This document shows, piece by piece, positions 48,516 to 58,641 of a stretch of 64,000 bases of DNA; positions within the stretch are counted from its first letter, which is position 1, and every line of letters starts with the position of its first letter. Below the pieces are notes generated by a model that searched no databases, had not been told where the DNA came from, and saw only the letters and a program-made list of their open reading frames with translations. The translations under genes were made by a program, and so were the position numbers. The DNA comes from Bacteroidales bacterium (lineage in GTDB: Bacteria > Bacteroidota > Bacteroidia > Bacteroidales > UBA12077): NCBI GenBank assembly GCA_028282585.1, contig JANQHR010000142.1, forward strand, positions 1 to 64,000, given 5' to 3'.

Positions 48516-49067
48516 ATGACTGGAAAAGAATTACTTGATTTAATAAATACACGGCAAAGCGACAGAGCTTATATATCAACCTCAATTGAAAAAGAGAAAA
48601 TAAATAGAATCATTGAAGCTGGCAGATTAGCTCCATCTGCCTGCAATTCACAACCATGGAAGTTTATTATTGTTGATGAAACCGAATTAAAAAATAAAAT
48701 CGCTGATTGTACATCAAGTAAAATATTAGGATTAAATCATTTTACAAAACAAGCTCCGGTGCATATTGTAATAGTTGAAGAAAAAGCAAAATTTACAGCA
48801 AATGCAGGAGGATTGATCAAGTCTAAACATTTTCCTTTAATTGATATCGGTATAGCTGCAGAACACATTTGTTTGCAAGCTGCAGCTGAAGGGTTAGGTT
48901 CTTGTATGTTAGGGTGGTTTGACGAGCCAAAGGTTAAAAAACTCCTGAATATTCCAAAATCAAAAAGAGTTCCATTGATAATTACCATAGGTTATCCGGC
49001 AAGTGAAACAAGAGAGAAACGAAGAAAAGATATGGAAACAATTGTTAGTTATAACCGGTACAAATAG
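48516..49067 (+). CDS. Nitroreductase family protein
   Basis: RQSDRAY, APSACNSQPWKF, GLGSCMLGWF, IGYP. Confidence 0.93.
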   Translation: MTGKELLDLINTRQSDRAYISTSIEKEKINRIIEAGRLAPSACNSQPWKFIIVDETELKNKIADCTSSKILGLNHFTKQAPVHIVIVEEKAKFTANAGGLIKSKHFPLIDIGIAAEHICLQAAAEGLGSCMLGWFDEPKVKKLLNIPKSKRVPLIITIGYPASETREKRRKDMETIVSYNRYK

Positions 49068-49092
49068 GCTTTTCTAATAATTTGAAAATGAG

Positions 49093-50106
49093 TTATATAA
49101 CATTTACTTCCATTTCCAGTTTTATATCAAATAATATAATGATAGCTTGTTGAATGTTTCTTGCTAAATGAACTATCTCCTCCCCCGTTGCATTGCCCTG
49201 GTTTATCAGCACCAATGCTTGCTTATCATGCACTCCAGCATTCCCCATTTGTTTTCCTTTAAAACCAGCTTTTTCAATTAACCAACCAGCAGGTATTTTC
49301 ACTAAATTATTATTTACCTTGTAATTAGGAATTTCGGGCCACCTTTCTTTTAACTGATCTGCTTTATGTTTAGTTATTACCGGATTCTTAAAGAAACTCC
49401 CGGCATTCCCTATTTCTTCCGGTTTAGGTAATTTTGATTCCCGAATCGCAATAACAGCTTGTCGAATGCTATTTAAATTTACTTCGTTATATTCCATTAA
49501 CTTCTCGTTCAAATTTCCGTAATCTAACTTAAAAATCGGCTGTTTTTTTAAACGAAATGTCACATATGTAATAATTTGCTTTCCTTTTAGTTTACGTTTA
49601 AAAATACTATCCCTATAGCCAAATTCACACTCTTCATTTTTATAACAAATTCTTTTTTGTGAATCGATTTCAATTACTTCAACATTTGTAATAACATCTT
49701 TTACCTCAACACCATAAGCTCCAATGTTTTGAATTGGGCTTGTTCCAATGTTTCCCGGAATTAAAGATAAATTTTCCACTCCTCCCCAACCATTTTCAAC
49801 ACAAAATCCCACAAACTCATCCCAATCTTCTCCTGCACCTACTCTAACCTCAATTTCATCTTTAGTTTCATAAATAGTTTCGATTCCTTTGATCTTTGGA
49901 TGAAGAATATAACCTTCATAATCTCTGGTAAATAAAACATTGCTACCTCCTCCAAGTATCATTAAGGGTAAATCCTTATTTTTGTGTATATTTAGAAACT
50001 CCTTAATATCATTCTCTGAATTACAGAAAACAAAATATTTTGTTTTTGCATTAATACCGAAAGTATTATGATTTTTTAACGCAAAATTTTCTTTAATTTC
50101 AAACAT
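49093..50106 (-). CDS. murB: UDP-N-acetylenolpyruvoylglucosamine reductase
   Basis: HNTFGI, LGGGSNVLF, ENLSLIPG, QNIGAYG, FGYRDSIFK, GNAGSFFKNP, QALVL, EVN. Confidence 0.97.
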   Translation of the reverse strand: MFEIKENFALKNHNTFGINAKTKYFVFCNSENDIKEFLNIHKNKDLPLMILGGGSNVLFTRDYEGYILHPKIKGIETIYETKDEIEVRVGAGEDWDEFVGFCVENGWGGVENLSLIPGNIGTSPIQNIGAYGVEVKDVITNVEVIEIDSQKRICYKNEECEFGYRDSIFKRKLKGKQIITYVTFRLKKQPIFKLDYGNLNEKLMEYNEVNLNSIRQAVIAIRESKLPKPEEIGNAGSFFKNPVITKHKADQLKERWPEIPNYKVNNNLVKIPAGWLIEKAGFKGKQMGNAGVHDKQALVLINQGNATGEEIVHLARNIQQAIIILFDIKLEMEVNVI

Positions 50107-50181
50107 AAATTGTTAATTTATCTTCCAAAGATAAGTATACAATTATTAAATATTGGACAAAATCTAACTAAACTAACTAAG

Positions 50182-51294
50182 TTGAAACGAATTTATATAA
50201 CCGCTTTAAATGATTTGGTTACAGATAACAGAGTGCATAAAGTAGCATGTACATTACTTGAATCTGGTTCAAAAGTAACTGTTGTTGGTATTCAGAAAAA
50301 ACATAGCTTAACTATTGAAAACAGACCGTATCAAACTAAAAGATTTAGATTATTTTTTAAAAATGGTCCCGCTTTTTATTTAGAATTTAATATTCGAGTC
50401 TTGCTTTACCTGTTATTAAGAAAGTTTGACTATATTGTATCTAATGATCTTGACACATTGTTAGGGTCTTTTTATGCTTCTAAATTAAGACTTAAAACCT
50501 TAGTTTATGATAGCCATGAATATTTTACTGAATTACCAGAACTGGTTAACCGCGAATTTCCAAAAAAGATTTGGAAATTATTAGAAAGCAAGATTTTACC
50601 AAAATTAAAGTATACATATACTGTTTCAGAATCTATTGCTAAAACATATAAGAAGCAATATGGTATTGAAATGAAGGTTGTAAGGAATGTTCCATATAAA
50701 ATTTCAACCGGCTTAAAGGATGAATCAATAAAAAATGGAACTAAACAAATACTATATCAGGGTTCTTTAAATATTGGTCGTGGATTGGAACATATGATTG
50801 ATGCAATGGAATTCCTTGATGATACAAAACTTCATATTATTGGTGATGGGGACATTACGGAAGATTTAAAAGAAAGAATAATAAAAAAGGGGGTTGCTGA
50901 CAAAGTTGAGCTTATGGGCCGAATACCTTTTGATGAATTACCTTCTATAACTAACAAAGCAGACTTAGGAATAGCCTTAGAAGAAAATATTGGCTTAAAT
51001 TATTATTATGCACTTCCAAATAAATTATTTGATTACATACAGGCACGAATTCCAGTATTAGTCTCACCTTTTCCCGAAATGCAAAAAATAGTAAACAAGT
51101 ACGAAATTGGTACGGTTTACGATCACAAAACACCGGAAGCTTTAGCCGAAAAAATAATAGAAGTTTTTAAGTTAAAAAACCGCTACAATAAGTGGAAAAA
51201 AAATACTTCCAAAGCTGCAGAAGAACTATGTTGGGAAAATGAAAAAATTATTCTTAAAGAAGTTTATAACAATGCAGGATTAATATTTAATTAA
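50182..51294 (+). CDS. GT4-family glycosyltransferase
   Basis: DNRVHK, YDSHEYF, YQGSL..GRGLE, ALPNKLFDYI; TTG at 50182 preferred. Confidence 0.9.
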   Translation: MKRIYITALNDLVTDNRVHKVACTLLESGSKVTVVGIQKKHSLTIENRPYQTKRFRLFFKNGPAFYLEFNIRVLLYLLLRKFDYIVSNDLDTLLGSFYASKLRLKTLVYDSHEYFTELPELVNREFPKKIWKLLESKILPKLKYTYTVSESIAKTYKKQYGIEMKVVRNVPYKISTGLKDESIKNGTKQILYQGSLNIGRGLEHMIDAMEFLDDTKLHIIGDGDITEDLKERIIKKGVADKVELMGRIPFDELPSITNKADLGIALEENIGLNYYYALPNKLFDYIQARIPVLVSPFPEMQKIVNKYEIGTVYDHKTPEALAEKIIEVFKLKNRYNKWKKNTSKAAEELCWENEKIILKEVYNNAGLIFN

Positions 51295-52328
51295 CGCCAT
51301 ATTCGTTCTCTGTTTAACGCTCGCTGATACTCGCGGGCATTAATGTTGTGCTGAGAAAGTGTTTTAGCAAAATTATGATATCCTGAAAAATCAGGTTTTG
51401 CGCAAAAGTATAGGTACTGATGCTTTTCATAATTCAACACCGCCTCGATAGCTGCGATAGACGGAATTGAAATTGGCCCTGGGGGTAAGCCATAATTTTT
51501 ATACGTATTATATGGCGAATTTATACGTTTATGAACATTTAAAACTCTTTTTATCGAGAAATCTCCAATAGCAAATTTAAGTGTTGGATCTGCTTGCAGA
51601 TGCATTCTTAGTCTTAACCTATTGATATATACGCCCGCAATCCGTGGCATTTCATCATTATATAAAGTCTCTTCATCAACGATAGAAGCTAAAGTTATTA
51701 CTTCTTCTTTAGTTAAGTTCAATTTAGCCGCTCTAATCTTTCTATCTTCATTCCAAAAACGCTGATATTCAACATTCATACGACTAACAAACTTTTCTCC
51801 TGATGTATTCCACCAAAACTCATATGTATTAGGCAAAAAGATACATGTAAAGGTTTCTTGAACTAAACCCAAATCAGAAATTAACGAATCATCATAAAAC
51901 AATTTAACAAGTTCAATAGAATCAGGCTCAATTTGTTTGGCAATCTTTCCTGCTAATTGTTCCCTTGTCCTGACACTATTAAAAATTACTTTAACCGGAT
52001 CTTGAAATCCTGATCTTAATTTGTTTACGATATCATTATTACTCATTGTAGAATCCAACTTGTACCGCCCAGGGTAAACATGATTAGGGTAGTTCTTCTT
52101 CTCTGCCACCCATTTGAAAGAATCTATGTTTTTTAATAATGAATCCTCCAATAATAACCCAACTACATCTTCATATCCGGAACCGGTTGGTATATATAAA
52201 TAAGTGTTAGAAGCATTAACATTAGGGGCATAAATCCTACTATAGGTTTTATAGCCAATAAAAATTATAAAGAATACTAATAATAATAACGGTGTAACTA
52301 TATATTTACTTAAAAAAGATTTTTTCAT
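51291..52328 (-). CDS. mltG: Endolytic transglycosylase MltG
   Basis: FLPNTY, LASIVDEE, IAGVYINRL, LQADPT, SPYNTY..GLPPGPI, YLYF. Confidence 0.95.
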   Translation of the reverse strand: MKKSFLSKYIVTPLLLLVFFIIFIGYKTYSRIYAPNVNASNTYLYIPTGSGYEDVVGLLLEDSLLKNIDSFKWVAEKKNYPNHVYPGRYKLDSTMSNNDIVNKLRSGFQDPVKVIFNSVRTREQLAGKIAKQIEPDSIELVKLFYDDSLISDLGLVQETFTCIFLPNTYEFWWNTSGEKFVSRMNVEYQRFWNEDRKIRAAKLNLTKEEVITLASIVDEETLYNDEMPRIAGVYINRLRLRMHLQADPTLKFAIGDFSIKRVLNVHKRINSPYNTYKNYGLPPGPISIPSIAAIEAVLNYEKHQYLYFCAKPDFSGYHNFAKTLSQHNINAREYQRALNRERIWR

Positions 52329-52542
52329 TTTTACTTTCAATTTCTATGTTAAAATTAGAACAAAAGTAAATTTATTTTGGTTTCTTTACTTTATAAAAAT
52401 TACATTATTATGTACAAATAATAACATTCAATCAATCTTTTTATATATATTTATAAATAAGTTGTAAATTAGTATTGATTTTTACGCTTTATTACAAGTT
52501 TTTTTTTAAATTGGGTTAAACTTTTAGATTAGGATTTTGAAT

Positions 52543-52911
52543 ATGAAAGATTTAATAATTAAGGAAACAGAAAAAACCCCTTCCGTAACACTTAGTTCAA
52601 ATGGCATATTAAAAATTGAAGGACGTTCTATTCCTGAAGATGCAGCTAAATTTTTCAAACCTCTCCTTGATTGGACTAAAGAATTCACAGCTAACGAAAT
52701 ACGTGTTGATATTAAACTTGAATACTTCAATACCAGTTCATCCAAGTTTATTTTGGAAATGCTTAGGTTACTGGAAAATAATCCGGAAAATAGTAACATA
52801 CTTGTTAACTGGTTTTATGAAGAAGGAGATTTAGACGTTCTTGAATCCGGTCAATATTTTGAATCCATTATCGGAATTCCTTTCAAATACATTGAATACG
52901 AAGAATTATAG
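52543..52911 (+). CDS. SiaC family (DUF1987) phosphoprotein
   Basis: TEKTP.V, GRSIPEDA..FF.P, LEYFNTSSSK, VNWFYEEGD. Confidence 0.9.
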   Translation: MKDLIIKETEKTPSVTLSSNGILKIEGRSIPEDAAKFFKPLLDWTKEFTANEIRVDIKLEYFNTSSSKFILEMLRLLENNPENSNILVNWFYEEGDLDVLESGQYFESIIGIPFKYIEYEEL

Positions 52912-53148
52912 TTTTTGTACTGCCTCTCGTTAGGTACTTTTTCACTAAAATATATGTTCATGAAAAAAAATGTTGTATTAATGGTAATTTCAGCATTTAA
53001 GTTCTTTTTGTATATTAAAATTATACTCGAAAATACAAACAATAATAGTCTTCTATATGTTAATAATTATTTAAATCCTATCTCATTTATAAGTTTGAAA
53101 ACAAATTAATTTTTATCAATCTTAAGTTTTAAAAAGACTTAAATAATT

Positions 53149-53517
53149 ATGGAAAAAATAGTTCTAATAGTTGACGACTCAAATACAAACAATTTTCTTT
53201 TACAGAGTATTCTTGAAACAGAAGGAATTAAATCTGTAATAGCTTTTAGTGGAAAAGAAGCTTTTGAATATCTTAAAATTGAAAAACCCGCCCTTATACT
53301 ATTGGATATAATGATGCCTTACGTAGATGGTTTTTCAGTATTGGAAAAATTAAAAAACGATGAGAAACTGAGTGAAATACCGGTTATCTTTATTACTGCA
53401 AAACACGACAATAATATAAAGCAGAAAGCTCTTGACGCTGGAGCTGTTGATCTAATACAAAAACCTATTGATGTTAACGAAGTGGTTAATCTTGTAAAAC
53501 ACCTAATTATTAACTAA
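53149..53517 (+). CDS. Single-domain response regulator
   Basis: LIVDD, ILLDIMMP, FITA, KP. Confidence 0.93.
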   Translation: MEKIVLIVDDSNTNNFLLQSILETEGIKSVIAFSGKEAFEYLKIEKPALILLDIMMPYVDGFSVLEKLKNDEKLSEIPVIFITAKHDNNIKQKALDAGAVDLIQKPIDVNEVVNLVKHLIIN

Positions 53518-53520
53518 AGT

Positions 53521-55368
53521 ATGCCAGAAGAAAAAACAAATAAGAATCAATTAAATCTTAGCTATGAAAAAATATATTATGTTATTTCATCTCTTTCTGA
53601 TTTTCTTTTTGTTCTCGATCCAGATGGTTATTATTTAGACGTAAAGTTTCCTGAAAATAATAATGCCATTGATCTTGACCCCAAATTTTTAGTTACCAAA
53701 CATTACAATCAGCAAAAAATTGGTAATGATTTCAATAAAAGACTACATAAATATTTAACAAAAATAAAGGAAACTTCTATAAATCAAGAATTTGATTTCA
53801 GCATTACGAACGAACTGGATACTTTTTATTTTGATGCCAAGTTATCGGAGTTTAAAACTGAAAAAGGAGAAATTCTTGGATATATCCTTTTAGCTCATGA
53901 TGTTACAAAAGTTACAGATAATGCAGAGGTTTTAAAAAAAGAACTCGAAGAACAAAATAAAAAAATTGCAACGCTTGAAAAAGAAGTTAACTTTTATATT
54001 AAACAGGGAGATGTTATTACTAACCAACGAGCTAAAGTTCAAAAAGAAAGAGATAATTTAGCTGTTGAAAAAGATGAAATGGCCAAACAAAAAGCCATTA
54101 TGGAAAAAGATCTTGACTTTATTATGAAGCAAGGTGATAAAATTGCTGAGCAAAAACATAAAATCAAAAAACAACATGATCTGGTTCGAACGCAAAAAAA
54201 GAAAATAGAAGATAGTATTTTATATGCTAAACGCATCCAATCTGCTGTTTTACCTCCTAATCGTTTTATTCAGCACTTGCTTTCTGAACATTTTATATTT
54301 TATAAGCCTCGTGACATTGTTAGTGGTGATTTTTACTGGACAAAACAGGTAGATGACAGAATATTTATAGCAGCTGCCGATTGTACTGGACACGGTGTTC
54401 CCGGTGCATTAATGAGTATGTTGGGTATTACTTTTTTAAACGAAACAGTTAATAAGAACCCAAACATACATGCTAATGAAATTTTAAATGAGCTTAGAAT
54501 ACACATTATTAGCTCTTTACGCCAAACGGGTTCAACAGGTGAAAGTCGTGACGGATTGGATATTGCGCTATGTATTATTGACCATAAGAAACGAACCATG
54601 GAATATGCAGGTGCAAATAACCCAATGTATCTAATTAGAAATGGGGAGTTAAGTGAAATAAAGGCAGATAGAATGCCTATTGGAATTCATAGAAGAGCCA
54701 AAGAATCATTCCATAATCATTTTATAAACCTGGAAAAAGACGATTTAATATATTTATTTTCTGATGGTTTTGTTGATCAGTTTGGAGGTGAAAGCGGAAG
54801 AAAATTTCTTTCAGCGAATTTCAAAAAATTATTAATTGATAATAATACCAGCTCACTAAATGATCAAAAAAATGTTTTAGAAAATACATTTAATGAATGG
54901 AAAGGGGAAAGAAAACAGTTAGATGATATATTGGTTATTGGATTTAAAATTGCATTTGATAAGGAAGAGATAAAATCTGTTACTGATTATGATTGGGCCG
55001 ACAAGACAGTTTTAATTGCTGAAGATGATCCTGCAAATTTATTATTACTTAAAAAGGCTCTTGAAAAAACAAATGCAGATATCATCCATGCGGAAAATGG
55101 TAAAGACGCTGTAAAATTATTTAGAACAAACCCTGACATTGATGTTATTTTAATGGATATTAGAATGCCAATAATGGATGGTATTGAAGCTACTACACAA
55201 ATAAAACAAATTGATAGAGACGTACCTATTATTGTCCAAACTGCATTTACCATGTCATCTGAAAAAGAAAAAAGTTTTAAGGCAGGCTGTGATGATTACA
55301 TTTCAAAACCAATAAATATTAAAGAACTTTATGCAACTGTTTGCAAATATATAGAGAAAAGTAATTAG
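53521..55368 (+). CDS. PAS - coiled coil - SpoIIE/PP2C phosphatase - REC hybrid
   Basis: HDVT PAS end; KPRDIVSGDFYW, ADCTGHGVPG, SDGFVDQFGG, QLDD; C-terminal IAEDD..ILMDIRMP..SKP. Confidence 0.92.
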   Translation: MPEEKTNKNQLNLSYEKIYYVISSLSDFLFVLDPDGYYLDVKFPENNNAIDLDPKFLVTKHYNQQKIGNDFNKRLHKYLTKIKETSINQEFDFSITNELDTFYFDAKLSEFKTEKGEILGYILLAHDVTKVTDNAEVLKKELEEQNKKIATLEKEVNFYIKQGDVITNQRAKVQKERDNLAVEKDEMAKQKAIMEKDLDFIMKQGDKIAEQKHKIKKQHDLVRTQKKKIEDSILYAKRIQSAVLPPNRFIQHLLSEHFIFYKPRDIVSGDFYWTKQVDDRIFIAAADCTGHGVPGALMSMLGITFLNETVNKNPNIHANEILNELRIHIISSLRQTGSTGESRDGLDIALCIIDHKKRTMEYAGANNPMYLIRNGELSEIKADRMPIGIHRRAKESFHNHFINLEKDDLIYLFSDGFVDQFGGESGRKFLSANFKKLLIDNNTSSLNDQKNVLENTFNEWKGERKQLDDILVIGFKIAFDKEEIKSVTDYDWADKTVLIAEDDPANLLLLKKALEKTNADIIHAENGKDAVKLFRTNPDIDVILMDIRMPIMDGIEATTQIKQIDRDVPIIVQTAFTMSSEKEKSFKAGCDDYISKPINIKELYATVCKYIEKSN

Positions 55369-55369
55369 C

Positions 55370-55397
55370 AGAATCCGGAATTTCCGGATTCTTTTTT
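55370..55397. terminator. Terminator
   Basis: agaatccggaa-t-ttccggattct plus T-run. Confidence 0.85.
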
Positions 55398-56593
55398 TAA
55401 CTTAATTTGTCAAGAGCATTCTGCATTCTTTTCATTGCCTCCTCCAATTTTTCATCAGAAGTTGCATACGAAAACCTCAAGTAATTATCTAATCCAAATG
55501 CTGATCCCGGAACTGTTGCAACATGAGCTTTTTCCAAAATGTACATCGCCAAATCAGATGAATTAGTTATGGTTACTTCTCCAGCAGATTTTCCGAAAAA
55601 CGAACTCACTTCCGGGAACAAGTAAAATGCTCCTTGAGGTACATTCACTTTCATCCCTTTTATTTCTGAAGCCAATTTTACTACTAAGTCTCTTCTTCTT
55701 TTAAATGCTACTACCATATTTTCAATATCATCTGTTTCGATATTTAATGCAGCTATTGATGCCATTTGCGATATAGAAGAAGCTCCGGAAGTTAACTGTC
55801 CCTGAATTTTGTTACAAGCCTTAGCTATCCATTTTGGTGCAGCAATATAACCAATTCTCCAACCTGTCATAGCATAACCTTTTGAAACTCCATTGATAAT
55901 TATTACTTTATCTTTAATATAATCAAACTGAGCTATACTTTCATGTTTTCCAATAAAATTGATATGTTCATATATTTCATCAGATAAAATATACATTTCT
56001 ACCCCGCTTTCATGAATAACCTTTGCCAAAGCTTCTAATTCATCTTTCGTATATAAACTTCCGGATGGATTTGAAGGAGAACACAAGAACATTGCCTTTG
56101 TTTTTGGTGTTATTGCAACCTTTAATTGTTCCGGTGTAATTTTAAAATCATTATCTATAGAAGTCTCAATTACTACATTAGTTCCTTCAGCTAATTTAAC
56201 CAACTCTACATAACTCACCCAATATGGCGCAGGCACAATAACTTCATCACCTTTATTTACAAGAGATAAGATTAAATTAGCCAAGGAATGTTTTGCCCCA
56301 TTTGAAACAATAATTTGGCTTGTTTCATAATCCAGATTATTTTCTCTTTTTAGTTTATTTGAAATTGCTTTTAATAATTCCGCATATCCGGGGACCGGTG
56401 TATAGTGACTATAGTTTTCATTAATTGCCTTAATCGCAGCTTCCTTAATGTGTTGTGGTGTATTAAAATCAGGTTCGCCCACGCTAAGATTAATAACGTC
56501 TATTCCCTGAGCTTGCATCTCACGGCTTTTTTGGCTCATTGCTAATGTTTGTGATATAGCTAAACTTGCTACTCTTTGCGAAATATTTTCCAT
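55397..56593 (-). CDS. aspC: Class I PLP aminotransferase (aspartate aminotransferase)
   Basis: VGEPDFNTP, SNGAKHS, PSNPSG, SDEIYE, NGVSKGYAMTGWRIG; ATG at 56593 preferred. Confidence 0.9.
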   Translation of the reverse strand: MENISQRVASLAISQTLAMSQKSREMQAQGIDVINLSVGEPDFNTPQHIKEAAIKAINENYSHYTPVPGYAELLKAISNKLKRENNLDYETSQIIVSNGAKHSLANLILSLVNKGDEVIVPAPYWVSYVELVKLAEGTNVVIETSIDNDFKITPEQLKVAITPKTKAMFLCSPSNPSGSLYTKDELEALAKVIHESGVEMYILSDEIYEHINFIGKHESIAQFDYIKDKVIIINGVSKGYAMTGWRIGYIAAPKWIAKACNKIQGQLTSGASSISQMASIAALNIETDDIENMVVAFKRRRDLVVKLASEIKGMKVNVPQGAFYLFPEVSSFFGKSAGEVTITNSSDLAMYILEKAHVATVPGSAFGLDNYLRFSYATSDEKLEEAMKRMQNALDKLS

Positions 56594-56772
56594 ACTCAAA
56601 AAATTAAAAAAGGTTAATGCTATTACATCAACCAATATGTTTATTTTTAATTTTGATAACTAGATTTAAAATCTTTTTCTTTGAGACGTAAAGATAAAAT
56701 AAATAAAAGTATTAATTTGTGTTGTAAAGCAACATCTTGTAAATTACAAGCAAATCATTAAAAATCAATATT

Positions 56773-57294
56773 ATGATTGAGGTATTAGAAATACTTAAAT
56801 ACACACTTCCAGCTATTATTGTTCTTATTGTAGCGGTGGTTTTTATTAAACAAATTGTTAAAAATGATCAAAATAGAAGAAACTATGATATTCTTGCTAA
56901 AAACCAGCAATTAATAACCCCCGTTCGATTACAGGCTTATGAAAGATTAACATTATTGCTTGAAAGAATTTCTCCTGAATCATTAATAATGAGAATAAAT
57001 AAGCCGAATATGACAACTAAACAACTTCAAACCGAACTATTAAGCACTATTCGATCTGAGTTTGACCATAATGTATCACAACAAATTTATGTTACACCTC
57101 AAGTTTGGGAGATCATAAAAAATGCGCGCGCAAAAATTACTCAGTTAATAAACATTTCAGCAACCAAGGTTAAACCAGAAGCTCCGGCGATTCAACTCAG
57201 TAAAATTATTTTAGAGGATTTAATGAAAATTGATAAATCGCCTGTTAGCCTGGCGTTAGATGCGTTAAAAGCTGAAGTAAAACATTTATATTAA
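56773..57294 (+). CDS. Conserved single-TM hypothetical protein
   Basis: N-terminal TM; RLQAYERLTLLLERI, EFDHNVSQQIYV. Confidence 0.8.
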   Translation: MIEVLEILKYTLPAIIVLIVAVVFIKQIVKNDQNRRNYDILAKNQQLITPVRLQAYERLTLLLERISPESLIMRINKPNMTTKQLQTELLSTIRSEFDHNVSQQIYVTPQVWEIIKNARAKITQLINISATKVKPEAPAIQLSKIILEDLMKIDKSPVSLALDALKAEVKHLY

Positions 57295-57315
57295 TATTAA
57301 AAATCGGAAACACTT

Positions 57316-58014
57316 ATGTTTAAAAATATTAAGGTCGTTGGTTTTGATGCTGATGATACCTTGTGGGTAAATGAGCCATATTTTAAAGAATTGGAAATCG
57401 AATTTTGCGAATTATTATCCGAATATATGCCAAAGGAAAAGATTTCAGAAGAACTATTTAAAACTGAAATCCAAAACCTGCAATTATATGGTTATGGCGT
57501 AAAAGCATTTATGCTATCTTTGATAGAGACTGCATTAAGAATTAGTAATCATGAAGTTCCTACAAGTAGTATTGATAAAATTATTAATCTAGGCAAAAAT
57601 CAGCTGGAAAAAGCTGTAATTTTATTGGATGGTGTTGAGAATGTGCTTAAAGAGTTATCTGCTGATTACAAACTTATTGTGGCAACAAAAGGAGACCTTT
57701 TAGATCAGGAACGAAAATTACAAAAATCAGGACTAGAAAAGTATTTCCATCATATTGAAATAATGAGTGACAAGAAAGAGTCTGATTATGAAAAACTTTT
57801 AAATCACTTAGAGATTAAACCTGAAGAATTTATCATGATAGGAAACTCAGTAAAATCTGATATTATTCCTGTCGTAAACATTGGCGGTCAGGGTATACAT
57901 GTTCCTTTTCATACAACCTGGCAACATGAAACTCAGATACCTGATAACTTATCTGATATTCAATACTACTCAATAGAAGCAATATCTGAATCCATTAACT
58001 TATTTAAAAAATGA
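57316..58014 (+). CDS. HAD family hydrolase
   Basis: FDADDTLW motif I, ATKGD, MIGNS.KSD. Confidence 0.92.
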   Translation: MFKNIKVVGFDADDTLWVNEPYFKELEIEFCELLSEYMPKEKISEELFKTEIQNLQLYGYGVKAFMLSLIETALRISNHEVPTSSIDKIINLGKNQLEKAVILLDGVENVLKELSADYKLIVATKGDLLDQERKLQKSGLEKYFHHIEIMSDKKESDYEKLLNHLEIKPEEFIMIGNSVKSDIIPVVNIGGQGIHVPFHTTWQHETQIPDNLSDIQYYSIEAISESINLFKK

Positions 58015-58640
58015 AAAAAACAATTGATTACAATAACTGGATACGAAAAGAGCACTACGAATGGTTTAAAAATTTTGATGAACCATTCTTTGGGTTAGTA
58101 TCAGAGGTGGATTGCAGTATTGCCTATATTAATTCTAAAAAAAATAATGTACCTTTCTTCCATTACTATCTTCACAAATCGCTTAAGGCTGCAAATTTGC
58201 TAGAGAGTTTCCGATTAAGAATAGAAGAAGACCAAATTGTTTGCTACGAATCAATACACGCTTCCGCAACTTTGAACAATGCTGTTGGCTTATTCGCAAT
58301 GTCATTCATTAATTACGATGAAGATTTAATAAAATTCAGTAAAAATGCTAAAAAAGAAGAAGAGAGAGTTAAAAGAATTAAAGGTTTAGGTGTTAATTCC
58401 GATACTGCAAGAACAGATACTATCCATTATTCATCGGCGCCATGGTTTAAAATTACAGGTTTAACTCATGCTCGAAATTTTAAATTTCAAGACAGTGTGC
58501 CCAAAATTACTTTTGGTAAGTTTGAAACTATTGGTAGCAAGAAAATAATGAATATTTCAATTAATGGGCATCACGGTTTAATGGACGGTTCTCATGTAGC
58601 CGAATATTTAAAGCTATTTCAAGATTTACTAAATGGATAG
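58011..58640 (+). CDS. CatA-like O-acetyltransferase
   Basis: W.RKEH, SSAPWF, PKITFGK, HHGLMDG catalytic motif. Confidence 0.88.
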   Translation: MKKTIDYNNWIRKEHYEWFKNFDEPFFGLVSEVDCSIAYINSKKNNVPFFHYYLHKSLKAANLLESFRLRIEEDQIVCYESIHASATLNNAVGLFAMSFINYDEDLIKFSKNAKKEEERVKRIKGLGVNSDTARTDTIHYSSAPWFKITGLTHARNFKFQDSVPKITFGKFETIGSKKIMNISINGHHGLMDGSHVAEYLKLFQDLLNG

Positions 58641-58641
58641 T

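Noticed and set aside
52851-53109. 64-aa and 63-aa ORFs between siaC and the response regulator
   Set aside because: AT-rich promoter-like sequence, weak starts and no motifs
56715-56755. Small three-way-junction-like fold (ATTTG / TGTTG-CAACA / CTTGTAA-TTACAAG / CAAAT)
   Set aside because: Short AU-rich stems that could arise by chance; no match to an RNA family I recognise
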